Positions 30,165 to 32,000 of a stretch of DNA of 32,000 nt are shown here, piece by piece. The stretch's first letter is position 1; each line of letters starts with the position of its first letter. The stretch is from Methanococcus maripaludis (GTDB lineage Archaea; AGJL01; Methanococci; Methanococcales; Methanococcaceae). Location of the stretch: positions 1,470,001-1,502,000 of the forward strand of contig NZ_CP026606.1 in NCBI RefSeq assembly GCF_002945325.1. The letters are read 5' to 3'. A model generated the notes under the pieces. The model saw only the letters and a program-made list of their open reading frames with translations. It was not told the origin of the DNA and ran no database searches. Both the position numbers and the translations under genes were made by a program.

Positions 30165-31475
30165 TTACAAAAGATGGTTTGGAACGATATCTTTTGAAAT
30201 CAAATCCGCAAGGGTTTCTCTTGCTCTGATTAATGAAACTTCTTTTTCACTTGTAAGAATCATTGCAGGTTTTCCTCTCGAATTGTAGTTGTTTGCCATA
30301 CTGATTCCGTATGCTCCAACATCCAAAATTGCAACAGTATCTTTTACTTCCATTTTTGGAAGTTCTCTATCTTTTCCAAATACGTCAGAACTCTCACAAA
30401 GTCCTCCTGCAACGCTTACGACTTCTTTTTCAGCCCTTATTGTACAAGGTGTAATTTCGTGGTATGCTTCATAGATTGCAGGTCTCATCATGTCGTTCAT
30501 TCCAGCATCAATCATCACCCATTTTGCAACAGGTGTTTCTTTAACGTGTTCGACAGTTCCAAGTAAAACTCCTGCGGTTGCAACTAAACTTCTTCCAGGT
30601 TCTAAAATAAGGTTTGGAAGTTCGATTTTTCCTTCATATTCATAAATTACATCGAGAATTGCTTTTGAGAGGTCTTTTTGAACAGGAATTTTTGTATTTT
30701 TATCATATGGAATTCCAAGGCCTCCACCTAAGTTTACATCTCTTATTTTAATTCCTTCGTTTTTAAGTAAAACTACGAAATCCATGATTTTCCTTGCTTC
30801 TTCAACGAATGGGCTGATGTACGTTAATTGTGAACCAATGTGGCAGTGAATTCCAACAATTTTCACGTTTTCCATTTTTTCTGCCATTTTAATAGTTTCA
30901 AGTGCAATTCCACTTTCAATGTCGAGCCCGAATTTGTTCTTTTTCATTCCTGTTGAAATTTTAGGGTGTGTTTTTGCATCAACGTTTGGATTTACTCTAA
31001 ATGCAACATTTGCAATTTTTCCCATTTCTTTTGCAGTTTCATTAATTAAAACGAGTTCGCTGATGCTGTCAACGTTAAATGCTCTTATTTCAGCTTCAAT
31101 TCCCATTTTAATTTCTTCTTTTAATTTACAGTTTCCGTTAAATACAATTTTTTCGGAAGGAACGTCTGAAAGTTTTGCAATGTACAATTCCCCTGCACTC
31201 ACAATGTCTGCACCGCATCCAAGTTTCGAGAGGAGTCTTGTTACAGCAAGGTTCGTGTTTGCTTTGTATGCAAATGAGATTATGAATTCTTTTCCGGTTT
31301 TTTCAGAGTATTCTTTAAATGATTCCACGTATCTTGTAAAGTTTTTAACTGTTTGGGTTTCACTCATAACGTAGAGTGGCGTTCCGTAAGTACTGGCAAG
31401 TTTGCTTGCATCGTGCCCGTCAATTTTTAAGTTTCCGCCGTCAACGGTAATCATTTCGTTCCCCAAGAATTCCAT
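30165..31475 (-). CDS. lysA: Diaminopimelate decarboxylase
   Basis: PLP lysine in FAYKANTN, plus GGGLGIPY, EPGRSLVA and CESSD motifs. GGTGA RBS. 436 aa. Confidence 0.93.
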   Translation of the reverse strand: MEFLGNEMITVDGGNLKIDGHDASKLASTYGTPLYVMSETQTVKNFTRYVESFKEYSEKTGKEFIISFAYKANTNLAVTRLLSKLGCGADIVSAGELYIAKLSDVPSEKIVFNGNCKLKEEIKMGIEAEIRAFNVDSISELVLINETAKEMGKIANVAFRVNPNVDAKTHPKISTGMKKNKFGLDIESGIALETIKMAEKMENVKIVGIHCHIGSQLTYISPFVEEARKIMDFVVLLKNEGIKIRDVNLGGGLGIPYDKNTKIPVQKDLSKAILDVIYEYEGKIELPNLILEPGRSLVATAGVLLGTVEHVKETPVAKWVMIDAGMNDMMRPAIYEAYHEITPCTIRAEKEVVSVAGGLCESSDVFGKDRELPKMEVKDTVAILDVGAYGISMANNYNSRGKPAMILTSEKEVSLIRARETLADLISKDIVPNHLL

Positions 31476-31611
31476 GGTTTCACCATAAGTTGTTTTTTCA
31501 TCATAAGCAGTAATATTATTTAAATATGTCGATAAAATAAGATATATAACTCATCCTTTAATTAATATCTCGTTAAAAAAAGCTCTATCAAAAAAGATTT
31601 TTATAAAGTAA

Positions 31612-32000
31612 TTATTTTAAATTTCTAACGTATTCTGGAGTTGTAACATTTTTTGGAATATTGTGGTGGAATTCACGTCCCAGTTCAAATATTTTGAGGC
31701 ATCTATCTCCAAACCTTTCAACATCTTTTAAAAACATTCCAAATTGTATAAACTGGTTAATATCTTTCAAATTTTCATCAGGATGTTCTGCAATTTTTTC
31801 CATCATCGTATCCAGTTTTTTATGGAGGTTACCTTCTAACTCGTAAATTTCTGTTTCAATCGTTTTACTTTTGACCATATTCATTGCATGAGCAAACATT
31901 TTTGAAATTATCTCTTTTATTTCAAAAACTTCCTTTTTTATTGCAGGGTCAACCAAAAGTCCATTTACGACTTCTTCTGCAATATTTGACAGGTAATCCC
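31612..32000 (-). CDS. PhoU-like phosphate-regulon accessory domain protein (5' end outside the window)
   Basis: ORF track starts at the TTG at 31956, but the frame stays open to the window edge (..DYLSNIAEEVVNGLLVDPAIKK). The helical repeats LSNIAEEV and VERFGDRCLKIFE resemble the two ERIGDhatNIaE repeats of PhoU. Confidence 0.6.
   Translation of the reverse strand, partial: DYLSNIAEEVVNGLLVDPAIKKEVFEIKEIISKMFAHAMNMVKSKTIETEIYELEGNLHKKLDTMMEKIAEHPDENLKDINQFIQFGMFLKDVERFGDRCLKIFELGREFHHNIPKNVTTPEYVRNLK

Noticed and set aside
30097-30288. A 63-aa plus-strand ORF overlapping the lysA 3' end.
   Set aside because: It uses a non-ATG start with no RBS. More than half of it is antisense to the well-supported lysA C-terminus, and its first part is a T-rich terminator-like region.

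Overview
This is an AT-rich, tightly packed chromosomal core segment from a Methanococcus-type methanogen. The RadA protein matches what I recall of Methanococcus maripaludis RadA. The gene set also fits: GlnA with a GGAA-N6-TTCC operator, aIF2-gamma, S6e, and an archaeal HMG-CoA synthase/thiolase/DUF35 operon. I call about 31 protein genes on both strands. They include four dispersed cobamide-biosynthesis genes (cbiE, cbiT, cobQ, cbiD), amino-acid biosynthesis genes (hisC, aroA, lysA, glnA, and a LOR/SDH-like putative ornithine cyclodeaminase), DNA-repair genes (radA, an XPD/DinG-like helicase, a NurA-like nuclease), translation genes, two tandem orphan solute-binding proteins and several secreted lipobox proteins. 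I saw no rRNA or tRNA genes, CRISPR arrays, transposases, integrases, prophage genes, or clear pseudogenes. Many ORF-track starts are over-extended, so I re-set them to the ATG that sits behind a GGTG/GGAG-type ribosome-binding site. I cannot point to a clear new multi-gene system here. The best leads for unexplored biology are: (1) a glucan-phosphorylase homolog whose PLP-binding lysine is replaced by Thr; (2) an orphan NurA-like nuclease apparently co-transcribed with aIF2-gamma; (3) a surface-anchored staphylococcal-nuclease homolog with all catalytic residues; (4) a methanogen-type ASKHA-like protein of unknown function next to radA; (5) an XPD-family helicase with a doubled cysteine complement; (6) an XRE-type regulator directly upstream of the mevalonate-entry operon; (7) several uncharacterised proteins and one candidate 30-aa membrane micro-protein.
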